NCBI GenBank assembly: GCA_965218585.1
Contig: CBDCLE010000026.1
Location: 224,001 to 288,000, forward strand
DNA length: 64,000 nucleotides
Direction: 5' to 3'
DNA from: Terriglobia bacterium
GTDB lineage: Bacteria; Acidobacteriota; Terriglobia; 20CM-2-55-15
Part shown: positions 41,952 through 51,545 of the stretch, in pieces
Layout: each line of letters starts with the position of its first letter
How positions within the stretch are numbered: position 1 is the stretch's first letter
The notes under the pieces: model-generated
Database searches by the model: none
What the model was told of the DNA's origin: nothing
Seen by the model: the letters and a program-made list of their open reading frames with translations, nothing else
Program-made: the position numbers and the translations under genes

Positions 41952-42587
41952 CTAGGGTCGACCACCGATGCCCAGAGGCGAATACGCCGTGCCGCGATAG
42001 GTCTGCCCGTTCTTATTCAAATGTGGCAAGTCGATGAAATCCGACTCGTCCAGGCGCAGCCCTCTCACCTCCTGGTCTTCAGAGCCCACCTCGACCTCAA
42101 CGCTGGATGGTGTGGACCTTTCTGACCACGCCGTCAATCGATAGCGTCCGGGCGTCGCTTCTATCCGGAAGCCACCCTCCCCATCCACTTCGGCGATCAG
42201 TGACGTCTGAAGGACCAGGATGACTGCGGTCATGTGCGGATGGATGTTGCAGAAAACCCGGTACGTACCCGGCTGAGGAAAAATCTGGCTCTTGGACGCC
42301 CCGGCCCGGTACAAACCCAGGTCAAACGGACCCAATGGCGAAAGCGAAAACACATTGTGGAAAATGAGGTCGTCGTTTGGAAAATCAACCCGGGAGCCTG
42401 CGGGTACGGCCAGTACTGCTGGAACGAACAGCTTGTCCCGCTGAATCAGTTCGAATGTCGATGGTTCGATCGGCGTGGGTCCGTCGAGGCGTTCGAGGTA
42501 CACAAAGCGTGGTCCCTGCCCGGAAGGGCCCTCGATCACAACGCGTCCAGTGACAGTCGTAGCGCCCACCCCGCACGGGACTATCAT
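41952..42587 (-). CDS. Cupredoxin-like secreted protein; native start codon displaced by a MITE
   Basis: FPNDDLIFHNVFS and VFCNIHPHM (His, Cys, His, Met ligand set). Confidence 0.8.
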   Translation of the reverse strand: MIVPCGVGATTVTGRVVIEGPSGQGPRFVYLERLDGPTPIEPSTFELIQRDKLFVPAVLAVPAGSRVDFPNDDLIFHNVFSLSPLGPFDLGLYRAGASKSQIFPQPGTYRVFCNIHPHMTAVILVLQTSLIAEVDGEGGFRIEATPGRYRLTAWSERSTPSSVEVEVGSEDQEVRGLRLDESDFIDLPHLNKNGQTYRGTAYSPLGIGGRP

Positions 42588-42644
42588 CAGGACGGCGGTG
42601 AGTCCGGCATGAAAGAGCCAACCTTTGGTATGTGTCGATACCAG

Positions 42645-42812
42645 TGGCCTGTACCAGCCATATTGGGACCATCGCCGCTGGGTTCGGGCGAAACGGCATC
42701 GTCTTCGTTGTCGAAGGCTCCTCCGAATGACGGAACATTTCCTCGTCGCCGACTCCTAGAATCCAATGCCGTTTGGCCGCAATGCTGGTCCCGATATGGA
42801 TGGTACAGGCCA
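42645..42812. mobile_element. 168-bp MITE
   Basis: IRs TGGCCTGTACCAGCCATATTGGGACCA / TGGTCCCGATATGGATGGTACAGGCCA; flanks CCAG / CTAG. Confidence 0.75.
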
Positions 42813-42818
42813 CTAGCA

Positions 42819-44261
42819 TCAGAAGCTGTAGGCAAACGCCATGTTGAAATGGTTGTTGTGCGCCCGGGCCCGAGTGACCCTTCGCGTCAGGAGCCGGCGC
42901 CACTCAAACGAGGTCGCAAACTCCGGAGTAAACTGATAAATCGTATTGGCGAACACGCTCGAGTTTTCCCTCAAGTCTGTTGGAAACCGATCGCTGTCGA
43001 ACAGACTGTCGATGCCGAAACCGCCGTAAAATCCGAGCCTGGAGTTGGCGCTCCAGCCGACTTCGGCAAATCCGCCGCGTGACTTTGCCAGCTGGCCGAC
43101 CGATCCTCCGAAGGCGTCGATGTTCTGGCCGACCCAGGCTTCCCCCTGAAGGCTGAGGCTGCCGCGTCGGGCCATGAAATCGAAAGCCGTCGCCCAGCTC
43201 GACAGTAATCCGCTCGAACGACGTTCGGATCCATAGTGTCCCGACAGTCCAACCTCAGCGTACGGTTCGCCCGGCACGGGCCCGGTCCGCCTCCACGAGA
43301 GACGTCCCTGGAAGGCAGGCTGCCGGGAGCCTTCCCCAGGAAGCTTGGGCGGCGTGAACGTGAAAGACCCTGTTGGTAAATCTCCACTGATCGGAGCGAC
43401 GATTGCCAGGTCCATCCCGAGAACGTCTGAACTCCCTATGTCGAACCTGCGCTCGATCCGGACCTGAGGAACCCGGAGGTATAGATTGCCAGAGTAAAAA
43501 AGGTTCGGAAAAGAAAAAGATGCCAATGATTGAGGATTCCGGGGGGCCAGCAACATCAGATCCTGACCGATCTCGAAAGAGGTCTTTTCCCCATCCAACC
43601 GCATGAAGCCGTACAGAAGGCGCGGAACACCCATGGTCTGTCCGGTACGAAAGCCCGGAACGCCCCCGAAAAAATCCATCGCGAAGAAGCCACTCGTACG
43701 GAAAGAGCCGACATCCGGGCCATCGATGATGGCGCCGAGCCGGGTCTGCCGAAGCGTGGAGCTGAACGAGCCCGTACTCCCCTGCCCCGTCAGCGGGACC
43801 ACATTCGGAGCATCCAGCCAGTTTGCTTCGCCGGAGTTGTAGAAAGTGTTAGAGAGGATCGTACCGAAAAGGCGCACGGGCATTCTGGAGTTGGATTCTA
43901 CTTTCGTCTGTGCCAGTTCCTCCACCTGCGCCTGGATCAATGGGGGTAGGACACCCGGACCCGGTTGCCTATCGCCCTGCCCTGTGTCTCGATTTCCTGC
44001 GTCAAGGCCAGGCTCGTCATAGGCCGGTCCCGACCGATCCGCCCCCTCACCTGAAACAACCAGCTGACGCAGCATTTCCACCTCGGCGCGTAACTCGGCA
44101 ACTTCCTCGCGGAGGTTTTCGAATTCGTCACCAGCGGATTGGGCCCAGGCTGCGCCTGGAAGAAGAAGGAACAGGAAAGACAGCCGGGCAGCGAGATGTA
44201 CTCGCCACCCCAAACTGTTACAGCGTCCAGATCGAATGGGCCTCGAAGGTCCGAGTGACAT
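42819..44261 (-). CDS. Outer-membrane beta-barrel/porin-like protein with N-terminal coiled coil
   Basis: Signal peptide, LREEVAELRAEVEML coil, alternating beta strands, C-terminal AYSF; start uncertain. Confidence 0.75.
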   Translation of the reverse strand: MSLGPSRPIRSGRCNSLGWRVHLAARLSFLFLLLPGAAWAQSAGDEFENLREEVAELRAEVEMLRQLVVSGEGADRSGPAYDEPGLDAGNRDTGQGDRQPGPGVLPPLIQAQVEELAQTKVESNSRMPVRLFGTILSNTFYNSGEANWLDAPNVVPLTGQGSTGSFSSTLRQTRLGAIIDGPDVGSFRTSGFFAMDFFGGVPGFRTGQTMGVPRLLYGFMRLDGEKTSFEIGQDLMLLAPRNPQSLASFSFPNLFYSGNLYLRVPQVRIERRFDIGSSDVLGMDLAIVAPISGDLPTGSFTFTPPKLPGEGSRQPAFQGRLSWRRTGPVPGEPYAEVGLSGHYGSERRSSGLLSSWATAFDFMARRGSLSLQGEAWVGQNIDAFGGSVGQLAKSRGGFAEVGWSANSRLGFYGGFGIDSLFDSDRFPTDLRENSSVFANTIYQFTPEFATSFEWRRLLTRRVTRARAHNNHFNMAFAYSF

Positions 44262-44342
44262 GTCAATGCCTCCAGCTCAAGGGTTCCGTACCTACCAGCA
44301 GGATATTCCAGGGAGGCAGAAGATATGCTCAGACCGAATCTT

Positions 44343-45404
44343 CTATTGAACCTCCAGAATGATCTGCCCGTTAACGTCTGTGTTGTTGTCACCTAGCGTC
44401 CACGGATCTGCTGTGCGCAACAACTTCAGTTCAGTCCCGGATGCCTCGATCAAGACGATCGCGAACTCGGAAGCCGACCCGCCGGGAGCCGCTACGAAAT
44501 CCGCCACAGTTTCTTTATTGGCAGCAAACCCTCCCGGTATCTTGAGATTCAGGAACTGACCCGGACTGCTGCCCGACACTGTTGTACCGACGATCCGAAA
44601 ATTGATGATCATCAGTTTTCCACTGACTGCGTACTGGTAGTTGACAACGTCTCCCGATTCCACGATCCAGTCCATGGTCTCCATGGGCGGGTCATCTGCA
44701 GTGAAGTTGCCAGGATCAAATAGAACATTGGAAAACGTTATTTCCGGTCCCTGGGGTCCCGCAGGTCCGGTGGGTCCTTCGGGTCCCTGCAGACCCGGTG
44801 ATCCTGGTGCCCCATCGTTACCCGGTAGGCCTTGTAGACCCGGTGTTCCATCGTTGCCCGATGGGCCCGGAGGGCCAGCCACTCCCGGTGATCCCGGCGA
44901 CCCTGGAGGACCTGCAACTCCTGGAGAACCTGGGGGTCCCGGTGGACCGGCCACACCGTTTGAACCTGGAGAACCCGGCGGTCCCGGGGGGCCGGGCAAT
45001 CCGGTCAAACCCTGCAGACCCGTCGCGCCGATCGTGATGTTCATTGCCGCGACGTCTTTGGAACCTCGCCCCGTCGATACCACGACGAGGTACGTGCCGG
45101 GGTCGGTACGGTTCAGCAGGGCAAGAATCGAAGTCGGATCGGACTGCAGAACCAGCAACGCCTCCTGGGTCCCCCCAGGCGCACCGATAAACACTGCCGG
45201 ATGGATCTCGCGGCGCGACTTCGGATCGAGATTTTGACCTTCGATCAGAAGCGTCGGCGTCAGTGGGCTCAGGTCCACTGACGCGCTGGTGAGAACAATG
45301 TGTTTACTCGACCTCTTTGAAGAACGTTCATCATCGTCATCATCCCGCTCTTGCGAAAACGGGGTCAAACCGGTCATCAATAACAAGAAAACTAATGTCT
45401 TCAT
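44343..45404 (-). CDS. Secreted collagen-like protein
   Basis: Signal peptide; 32 contiguous Gly-X-Y triplets between two globular domains. Confidence 0.85.
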   Translation of the reverse strand: MKTLVFLLLMTGLTPFSQERDDDDDERSSKRSSKHIVLTSASVDLSPLTPTLLIEGQNLDPKSRREIHPAVFIGAPGGTQEALLVLQSDPTSILALLNRTDPGTYLVVVSTGRGSKDVAAMNITIGATGLQGLTGLPGPPGPPGSPGSNGVAGPPGPPGSPGVAGPPGSPGSPGVAGPPGPSGNDGTPGLQGLPGNDGAPGSPGLQGPEGPTGPAGPQGPEITFSNVLFDPGNFTADDPPMETMDWIVESGDVVNYQYAVSGKLMIINFRIVGTTVSGSSPGQFLNLKIPGGFAANKETVADFVAAPGGSASEFAIVLIEASGTELKLLRTADPWTLGDNNTDVNGQIILEVQ

Positions 45405-45627
45405 CGTCGTATCCCCTTAGAAAACGATCTCTCGGTTCCCCTGCCTGAGAAAGCGAACTTTTCCTCAACGTACGTTTCGGATAAATACTATAATTACATT
45501 AATTATATTTAAAGGGCGACAACACAATACTTATAATTAATGTAATACACGTTTCCAGCCGATTAATACCAATGAGTGCCGAGAATCGATTTTATGATTC
45601 TAAGCGCTTTGTTTTAAATCATATAAA

Positions 45628-46827
45628 TTGTGTGATGAGCAGGGTAAACCTGAACAGCACGAACGGGCGAGGAACATCAACATGCCTGTCGGGGTCAAAA
45701 TCAGCGGCGACAGCAGGGAGGCCACCGCCAAACTCGAACGGCGGGACTCCGAACTCACTATCGGCATGGTCAACGATGCGTTGGCAGCAGCCGGCGTCCG
45801 CTATGGCATCGACGAGCATGCATGCCTGGAGCTGATTGAGGCCATCAACCTGAAACGTCCCGGCAGTCACACAAGCGGCGTCGTAGCGCGAGGGATACCA
45901 TCGGTCGCCGGTGAGGATGGTACCGCTCGGATGATCGTCGAATACGAGCGCGACAGCGTCGGTCAAGAAGACGAATCGGGCAGCATCAACTTTCGTGACC
46001 GAGGCTCGTTTACGTCGATCGAGAAAGACCAGGTGATCGCAGAACTCGTCCCCCCGACTCCGGGCACTCCAGGAAGAAACGTGCAGGGCAACGAAGTTGC
46101 AGCAACCCCTGGCCGCCCGGCAAAGCTGACCCCAGGTCCGGGTACCGTTCTGGCCGCGAGCGGGACTGAGTTACGGGCGACCCGAGCCGGCGATCTCCAT
46201 GCTGCTGACGATCGCATTGAAGTAACCGAGACCATTCGCGTTACCGGCAACCTCGACTACGAAATGGGAAGCATCGAGTGCGCCGGCGCCGTCCGCGTTG
46301 AGGGCGACCTTCTCCCCGGTTTTCACATCCACGCGGGCGGTGACGTCACAATCGAGGGCGTTGTCGATTCCGCCGAGGTGAGAACGGAAGGCGCACTCGT
46401 TGTCCGCCAGGGAATCTTGCCGGGAAGCCGGGTCTATGCCAAGGGAGACATCAAGGTTAGCTACGTTTCAAACTCGTCTGTGGAAGGCGGCGCCGACATC
46501 ACGATCCTGCGGGAATCCGTTCACAGCCGCCTGATCGCAGGTGGAAGCATCACGATCCCGGGCGCCGGACGCGTGCTTGGCGGCAACCTCGAGGCTGCGA
46601 AGCAGATAGAGGTGGGAGTCGCTGGCCACATGAAAGGCCTGCCGACCACGCTTGCCGCAGGCGTCAAGGCCGCGAACGAAGAATCCCTGGTGAGGATAAA
46701 CAAGACTATCCATCCCGGCGTCCGGCTGCTGATCGGCCCGGGCGAACTGGATTTTAAGGAAGAACACCGCCGCTCAACTTTCCAATTCGATCTGGAAGTT
46801 GGTGAGATCGCCAAATGCGCCGCGTGA
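45628..46827 (+). CDS. DUF342/FapA family protein
   Basis: VARG.P..AGEDG, GSINFRD, PPTPGTPG.NV.G, GNLDYEMGSI, beta-helix repeats. Confidence 0.8.
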   Translation: MCDEQGKPEQHERARNINMPVGVKISGDSREATAKLERRDSELTIGMVNDALAAAGVRYGIDEHACLELIEAINLKRPGSHTSGVVARGIPSVAGEDGTARMIVEYERDSVGQEDESGSINFRDRGSFTSIEKDQVIAELVPPTPGTPGRNVQGNEVAATPGRPAKLTPGPGTVLAASGTELRATRAGDLHAADDRIEVTETIRVTGNLDYEMGSIECAGAVRVEGDLLPGFHIHAGGDVTIEGVVDSAEVRTEGALVVRQGILPGSRVYAKGDIKVSYVSNSSVEGGADITILRESVHSRLIAGGSITIPGAGRVLGGNLEAAKQIEVGVAGHMKGLPTTLAAGVKAANEESLVRINKTIHPGVRLLIGPGELDFKEEHRRSTFQFDLEVGEIAKCAA

Positions 46828-46863
46828 GCATGAGTCAGCGATCAGCTAACAGCTGGGAGCTCC

Positions 46864-47478
46864 TTACCATTCGATCGGCGTTTCCTGGTGAGGCGTCACG
46901 ATGTCATCGATGCCGGGAAGACCAAAATCGCGATCCCACGTGAGTCCGTTACCGATAACGTCCAACTTCACGACGTCCGGATTTCTCAATCGATCCGCCT
47001 CTCGCCATCCATAGTCGGGCTCTACATGATTGAGCAAGAGCGCGATGACGTTTCCATGAGCGCTGATCCCTATCGTAGAACTAGTCTCCTGCCTCACGAT
47101 TCGATTGACGGCCTCGACGAAGCGGCGCTGGGCCTGGAGGGAGCTCTCGCATCCGGGCAACGCAAAGGAAAACTCTTCCCAGGACCGCCTCCAGACTTCG
47201 GGAAAGTCTTCCCGAATTCCCACGGCTACCTTTCGCTCCCTCAGTTCGGGGTCCACAACAAGATCCATCCCTGTTCTCTTTACGAACGGATCTATCGTGC
47301 TAAGAGTTCGAAGGTAGGGGCTGGAATACATCCGGCTGATGTTGAGAGACTCGAGCAGGGGGCCGAGCCGTTCAGCCTGTTGGCATCCCAATTTACTCAA
47401 TGGCCAGTCGGGCTCTGCGACTTTGGACGAGGGATGGCTTTGGGCGTGGCGGATGAGATAAGCGGTCTTTCTTGTCAT
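46864..47478 (-). CDS. Histidine phosphatase family protein
   Basis: LIRHAQS, SSPYLRT, LRER, SAHGN. Confidence 0.88.
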   Translation of the reverse strand: MTRKTAYLIRHAQSHPSSKVAEPDWPLSKLGCQQAERLGPLLESLNISRMYSSPYLRTLSTIDPFVKRTGMDLVVDPELRERKVAVGIREDFPEVWRRSWEEFSFALPGCESSLQAQRRFVEAVNRIVRQETSSTIGISAHGNVIALLLNHVEPDYGWREADRLRNPDVVKLDVIGNGLTWDRDFGLPGIDDIVTPHQETPIEW

Positions 47479-47675
47479 GCTTTTCCGATCTGTCCGAACT
47501 GCTTGTCCAGGGTAAGACCATAACCCAGGATCACCCCCTCACGCACCCGGGGTTTAGCCCGAACATGGCAAAAAAACAGCAAGATAAAAGATTAATCTTG
47601 AATCCTGATTTTACAGTAGTAAAATTCCTTGGACACATATTATCGATAGAGAGGTTTTAGGAACTCTTAAACGAA

Positions 47676-50129
47676 ATGAATCAAAACGGTTTTGCCACGC
47701 CTATCGTGTGTGCGATTGCCATAGTGCTGGTCACCCTTGGTGCGCCCACGAGTTTTGCGCAGGGACCCGATGAGGCAACCCAGATCGAATTCATGAACCA
47801 GTACTGCGTGGGCTGCCACTCCGGTGGCACGGTGACCAGTCTGGTCCCAGTACCCCAGTGGGCGGATGAGATCGACCGGGACCTGTCCAACATCGCTGCT
47901 GAAGGTGAAATTTGGGAAGAGGTGATCCGTAAGGTGCGCGGACGGATGATGCCGCCGGCCGGCATCATCGCCCCTCGAGAGGAAGCCGACGCTTTTGTCG
48001 CCTTCATCGCGAACGCTCTGGATCAGGCAACAGCTAGCAATCCTGAGCCCGGAAGAAAGTCCCTGCACCGCCTTAACCGCACGGAATACGGAAACGCAGT
48101 CCGGGACCTGTTCAACCTCGAGATCGATGCAACTCAGATGTTGCCCCCAGACACCTCCGGGTCCAGTGGATTCGACAACGTTGCGGATGTGCTCGGAACC
48201 GAACCCGCACTGATGAACCGCTACCTGGCTGCCGCATGGGAAGTCACCCGCCGGGCCGTCGGCGACACGACGCTGGCACCTTCAGTTCAGACCTTCCTTG
48301 TCGCGAGAGATCTCGCGCAGACCGACTACGTCGAGGGACTGCCCCTGGGCACACGTGGAGGCCTGCTGGCGGAGTTTTTTGCCCCTGTCGATGGAGAGTA
48401 TGAGATCAATCCCTCTTTGATGCGCAGCACAACCGATGTCCCCAGAGGCATGGAGTTTGAGCATACTGCTGAGATCAGCGTGGACGGTGAGCGGATGAAT
48501 CTCGCAACGCTCGGTGGATTCGGCGATGCCGCTCTCGCTGTCAGCCGCCCGGCCCGTGCAGGAGCCGAGTTTGATGCGCGAATGAGTACCACGGTGACGC
48601 TTGAAGCGGGCCCGCACGAAATCGGCGTCGCCTTCCTCAAGCAGACGGCCGGAATGACGCCATTCATGATCCAGCCGTTTTTCAATGAGATCGATTCCAG
48701 CTGGCCATTCGGAATCCCCTATCTTAAGCATATCCGGGTCACAGGTCCGGTGAACACGACCGGCGCCGGTGATTCTCCGAGCCGGGGGACGATCTTCACG
48801 TGCCACCCGGATCGGGGTGACGAAGCCGCGGCCTGCGCCGAATCCATTCTCTCAAGGATTGCGCGCCGTGCCTATCGCCGTCCCGTCACCGATTCTGAGG
48901 TGGAACGTTTGGTGGGCTTTTACCGAGATGAACGGGACACGGGCGGCAATTTCGATCTCGGAATTCAGAAGGCGTTGACTTATATGCTGGTGACGCCGCA
49001 GTTCCTGTTCCGCTTCGAGACCGACCCGGAAGGCATTGAACCCGATACGACGTATCGTATCAGCGACCTGGAACTCGCCTCCCGGCTATCGTTCTTTCTC
49101 TGGTCGACCCTGCCCGATGAAGAATTACTGGACAGCGCGATCGCCGGAAGTCTCAGTCAGCCGGAGGTTCTGGAGCAACAGGTCGGGCGGATGCTCGCCG
49201 ATGGGCGTGCCAACGCGCTCATCAATAATTTTGCCGCACAATGGCTGACGTTCCGAAACCTGGAAGTGTTCCGTCCCGACAACCAGGCATTTCCCGATTT
49301 CGACGACAGTCTGCGGCAATCGTTCCTGCGGGAAACCGAGTTGCTTTTCCAGGACATCATGCGCAGGGACCGGCCGATCCAGGAACTGTTGACAGCCGAC
49401 TACACGTACCTCAACGAACGGCTCGCCATCAACTACGGCATTCCCGACATCTTCGGCGACCAGTTCCGGAGGGTGGATCTCAGTGACAACCCTAACCGTA
49501 AGGGCGGCATACTGGACCACGGCAGCATCCTGACGGTCAGTTCCTACCCGAACCGGACCTCTCCGGTGCTGCGCGGCAAATACATCCTGACCAACATTCT
49601 GGGTACCCCACCCCCGGCCCCGCCTGAGAACGTTCCCGCGCTGGAAGAAGAGTTGAGCGAACCGCAGAGCATGAAAGAACGGATGGAAGCGCACCGGGCA
49701 AATCCAGCTTGTGCGGGATGCCATCAGCTAATGGATCCCATCGGACTGGCCATGGAGAACTACGACGGAATCGGGCGGTGGCGGACCGATGACGGCGGTG
49801 CTGCTGTCGATCCGGATGCCGGGGTGATCCACCCCTTACAGGACTACGGCCCGATAAACGGTCCGACTGCTCTGGGCGAGGCTCTGGTCGAAAATCCGTA
49901 TCGCTTCGCGCAGACAGCGACGGAAAAGCTTTTGGCTTACGCGTTGGGGCGCGTATTGCAATACAACGACATGCCGGTTGTCCGGGAAATTACCGGGAAC
50001 GCTCGGGAGAATGACTATCGTTTCTCATCCTTCGTTATGGGCGTGGTTTCGAGCGTCCCCTTCCAGATGAGAGTCAGCACTGCAGCACTCCAGTCGGCGG
50101 CTGCCTCAGACGATACAAGGACTAATTAA
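47676..50129 (+). CDS. DUF1592-family (PSD/PSCyt) c-type cytochrome protein
   Basis: CVGCH and CAGCH haem motifs; HRLNRTEY, ELASRLSFFLWS, RTSPVLRGK. Confidence 0.9.
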   Translation: MNQNGFATPIVCAIAIVLVTLGAPTSFAQGPDEATQIEFMNQYCVGCHSGGTVTSLVPVPQWADEIDRDLSNIAAEGEIWEEVIRKVRGRMMPPAGIIAPREEADAFVAFIANALDQATASNPEPGRKSLHRLNRTEYGNAVRDLFNLEIDATQMLPPDTSGSSGFDNVADVLGTEPALMNRYLAAAWEVTRRAVGDTTLAPSVQTFLVARDLAQTDYVEGLPLGTRGGLLAEFFAPVDGEYEINPSLMRSTTDVPRGMEFEHTAEISVDGERMNLATLGGFGDAALAVSRPARAGAEFDARMSTTVTLEAGPHEIGVAFLKQTAGMTPFMIQPFFNEIDSSWPFGIPYLKHIRVTGPVNTTGAGDSPSRGTIFTCHPDRGDEAAACAESILSRIARRAYRRPVTDSEVERLVGFYRDERDTGGNFDLGIQKALTYMLVTPQFLFRFETDPEGIEPDTTYRISDLELASRLSFFLWSTLPDEELLDSAIAGSLSQPEVLEQQVGRMLADGRANALINNFAAQWLTFRNLEVFRPDNQAFPDFDDSLRQSFLRETELLFQDIMRRDRPIQELLTADYTYLNERLAINYGIPDIFGDQFRRVDLSDNPNRKGGILDHGSILTVSSYPNRTSPVLRGKYILTNILGTPPPAPPENVPALEEELSEPQSMKERMEAHRANPACAGCHQLMDPIGLAMENYDGIGRWRTDDGGAAVDPDAGVIHPLQDYGPINGPTALGEALVENPYRFAQTATEKLLAYALGRVLQYNDMPVVREITGNARENDYRFSSFVMGVVSSVPFQMRVSTAALQSAAASDDTRTN

Positions 50130-50146
50130 CAGAGGAGTAAATCCAC

Positions 50147-51532
50147 ATGTTCATTACCAGGCAACATCTGTCTCGAAGGACTTTCTTGAAGGGCACCGGA
50201 GCGACCCTCGCGCTCCCATTCCTCGATGCGATGATTCCGGCGGCTGCCGCCCAGTCGGTGCCTACACCGACTCAACGATTCACGTTCATCTACACGCCAA
50301 TGGGCGCACTGATGGAAAAGTGGATGCCGATGAAGAAGGATGGAGCCGGTATCGATTTCTCTCCAACGCTGTCGCCCCTGGAGCCGTTTCGAGAGTACGT
50401 CAACATCGTCAGTGGGCTTCACAACGTCGGGATACAAAACCACCCGCCCTCTCCGCCGATGTGGCTCAGCGGAAACGTGCCCGGGGCCGGAGGCAACCAG
50501 ATGGCCGCCGCACGGCGGCTGGCGACGACGGTGGACCAGCTCATCGCACAGAAGATCGGCCAGGACACGACTTTCGAATCACTGCCGGTCGCGGTCGAAG
50601 ACGCTTCGCAGTTGATTGGAGCATGCTCGATCGACGACAACTGTGATTACATCAATACCATATCCTGGCGCAGCCCGACCCAGCCCCTGACAATGGAGAT
50701 CCACCCGCGACTCGTCTTCGAACAACTGTTTGGCGGCGAGGGCAATCAGGAAGCCCGCGACCAGCGCTTGAGGGACAACACCAGCATTCTCGACACCCTG
50801 ACGTCCGATATCCGTGCTTTAAGCGGCGATCTGGGGACAGGAGACAGGGCCCGGGTCGACGAGTACCTGGACAGTGTCCGGACTGTCGAACTTCAGTTGG
50901 TCCGGGGAGAGCAACAGCGACAGGAAAAGGGATTGGAAGCGCCGGAAAACATTCCCGTGGGGATGCCGGACTCCTTCGAGGAACACGTGGGACTGATGTT
51001 CCAGCTGCAAGCACTCGCGTTCCAGGGCGACCTGACGCGCGTGACGTCTTTCATGATGGCTCGCGAACTGAGCGGACTCTCCTATCCTGAGCTTGGCGTC
51101 CAGGAAGCCCATCACCCGGTTTCGCACCACGCCTACGTTGCGGAAGTTATGGAACAGAAGGCCCGGATCGACGCCTTCCACATCTCCATGCTCGCAAAGT
51201 TTGTGGAACAGCTCCGGTCTACGCCTGAAGGTGACGGCAACCTGCTGGATACTGCAGTCGTCATGTACGGATCTGGAATGAGCAACTCGCAGATACACGA
51301 TCACAACAACCTGCCCACGCTGCTCATCGGTGGCGGCGCCGGAAAACTACGCGGAGACCGGCATATCCAGACCGGCGTTGTAGCCCAAGAGCGCGTGATC
51401 CCGGCCATTCCGCACTTCGACAAGATGACGCCGTTGACGAACCTGCACGTTTCTTTGCTCAACATGGCGGGCATCGAAACAGATTCCTTTGGTGCTGCGG
51501 AGAACGCGAGCACCAGTTCGGTTGACATCTAG
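50147..51532 (+). CDS. DUF1552 (HXXSHH) Tat-exported protein
   Basis: SRRTFLKG..ATLALPFLDAM; HHPVSHH; GSGMSNS.IHDH. Confidence 0.9.
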   Translation: MFITRQHLSRRTFLKGTGATLALPFLDAMIPAAAAQSVPTPTQRFTFIYTPMGALMEKWMPMKKDGAGIDFSPTLSPLEPFREYVNIVSGLHNVGIQNHPPSPPMWLSGNVPGAGGNQMAAARRLATTVDQLIAQKIGQDTTFESLPVAVEDASQLIGACSIDDNCDYINTISWRSPTQPLTMEIHPRLVFEQLFGGEGNQEARDQRLRDNTSILDTLTSDIRALSGDLGTGDRARVDEYLDSVRTVELQLVRGEQQRQEKGLEAPENIPVGMPDSFEEHVGLMFQLQALAFQGDLTRVTSFMMARELSGLSYPELGVQEAHHPVSHHAYVAEVMEQKARIDAFHISMLAKFVEQLRSTPEGDGNLLDTAVVMYGSGMSNSQIHDHNNLPTLLIGGGAGKLRGDRHIQTGVVAQERVIPAIPHFDKMTPLTNLHVSLLNMAGIETDSFGAAENASTSSVDI

Positions 51533-51545
51533 GAGACCAAGAGAC

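Noticed and set aside
42637-42820. Invertible phase-variation switch
   Set aside because: IRs flanked by a CTAG-like duplication and clean restoration of a gene on removal fit a MITE; no invertase nearby
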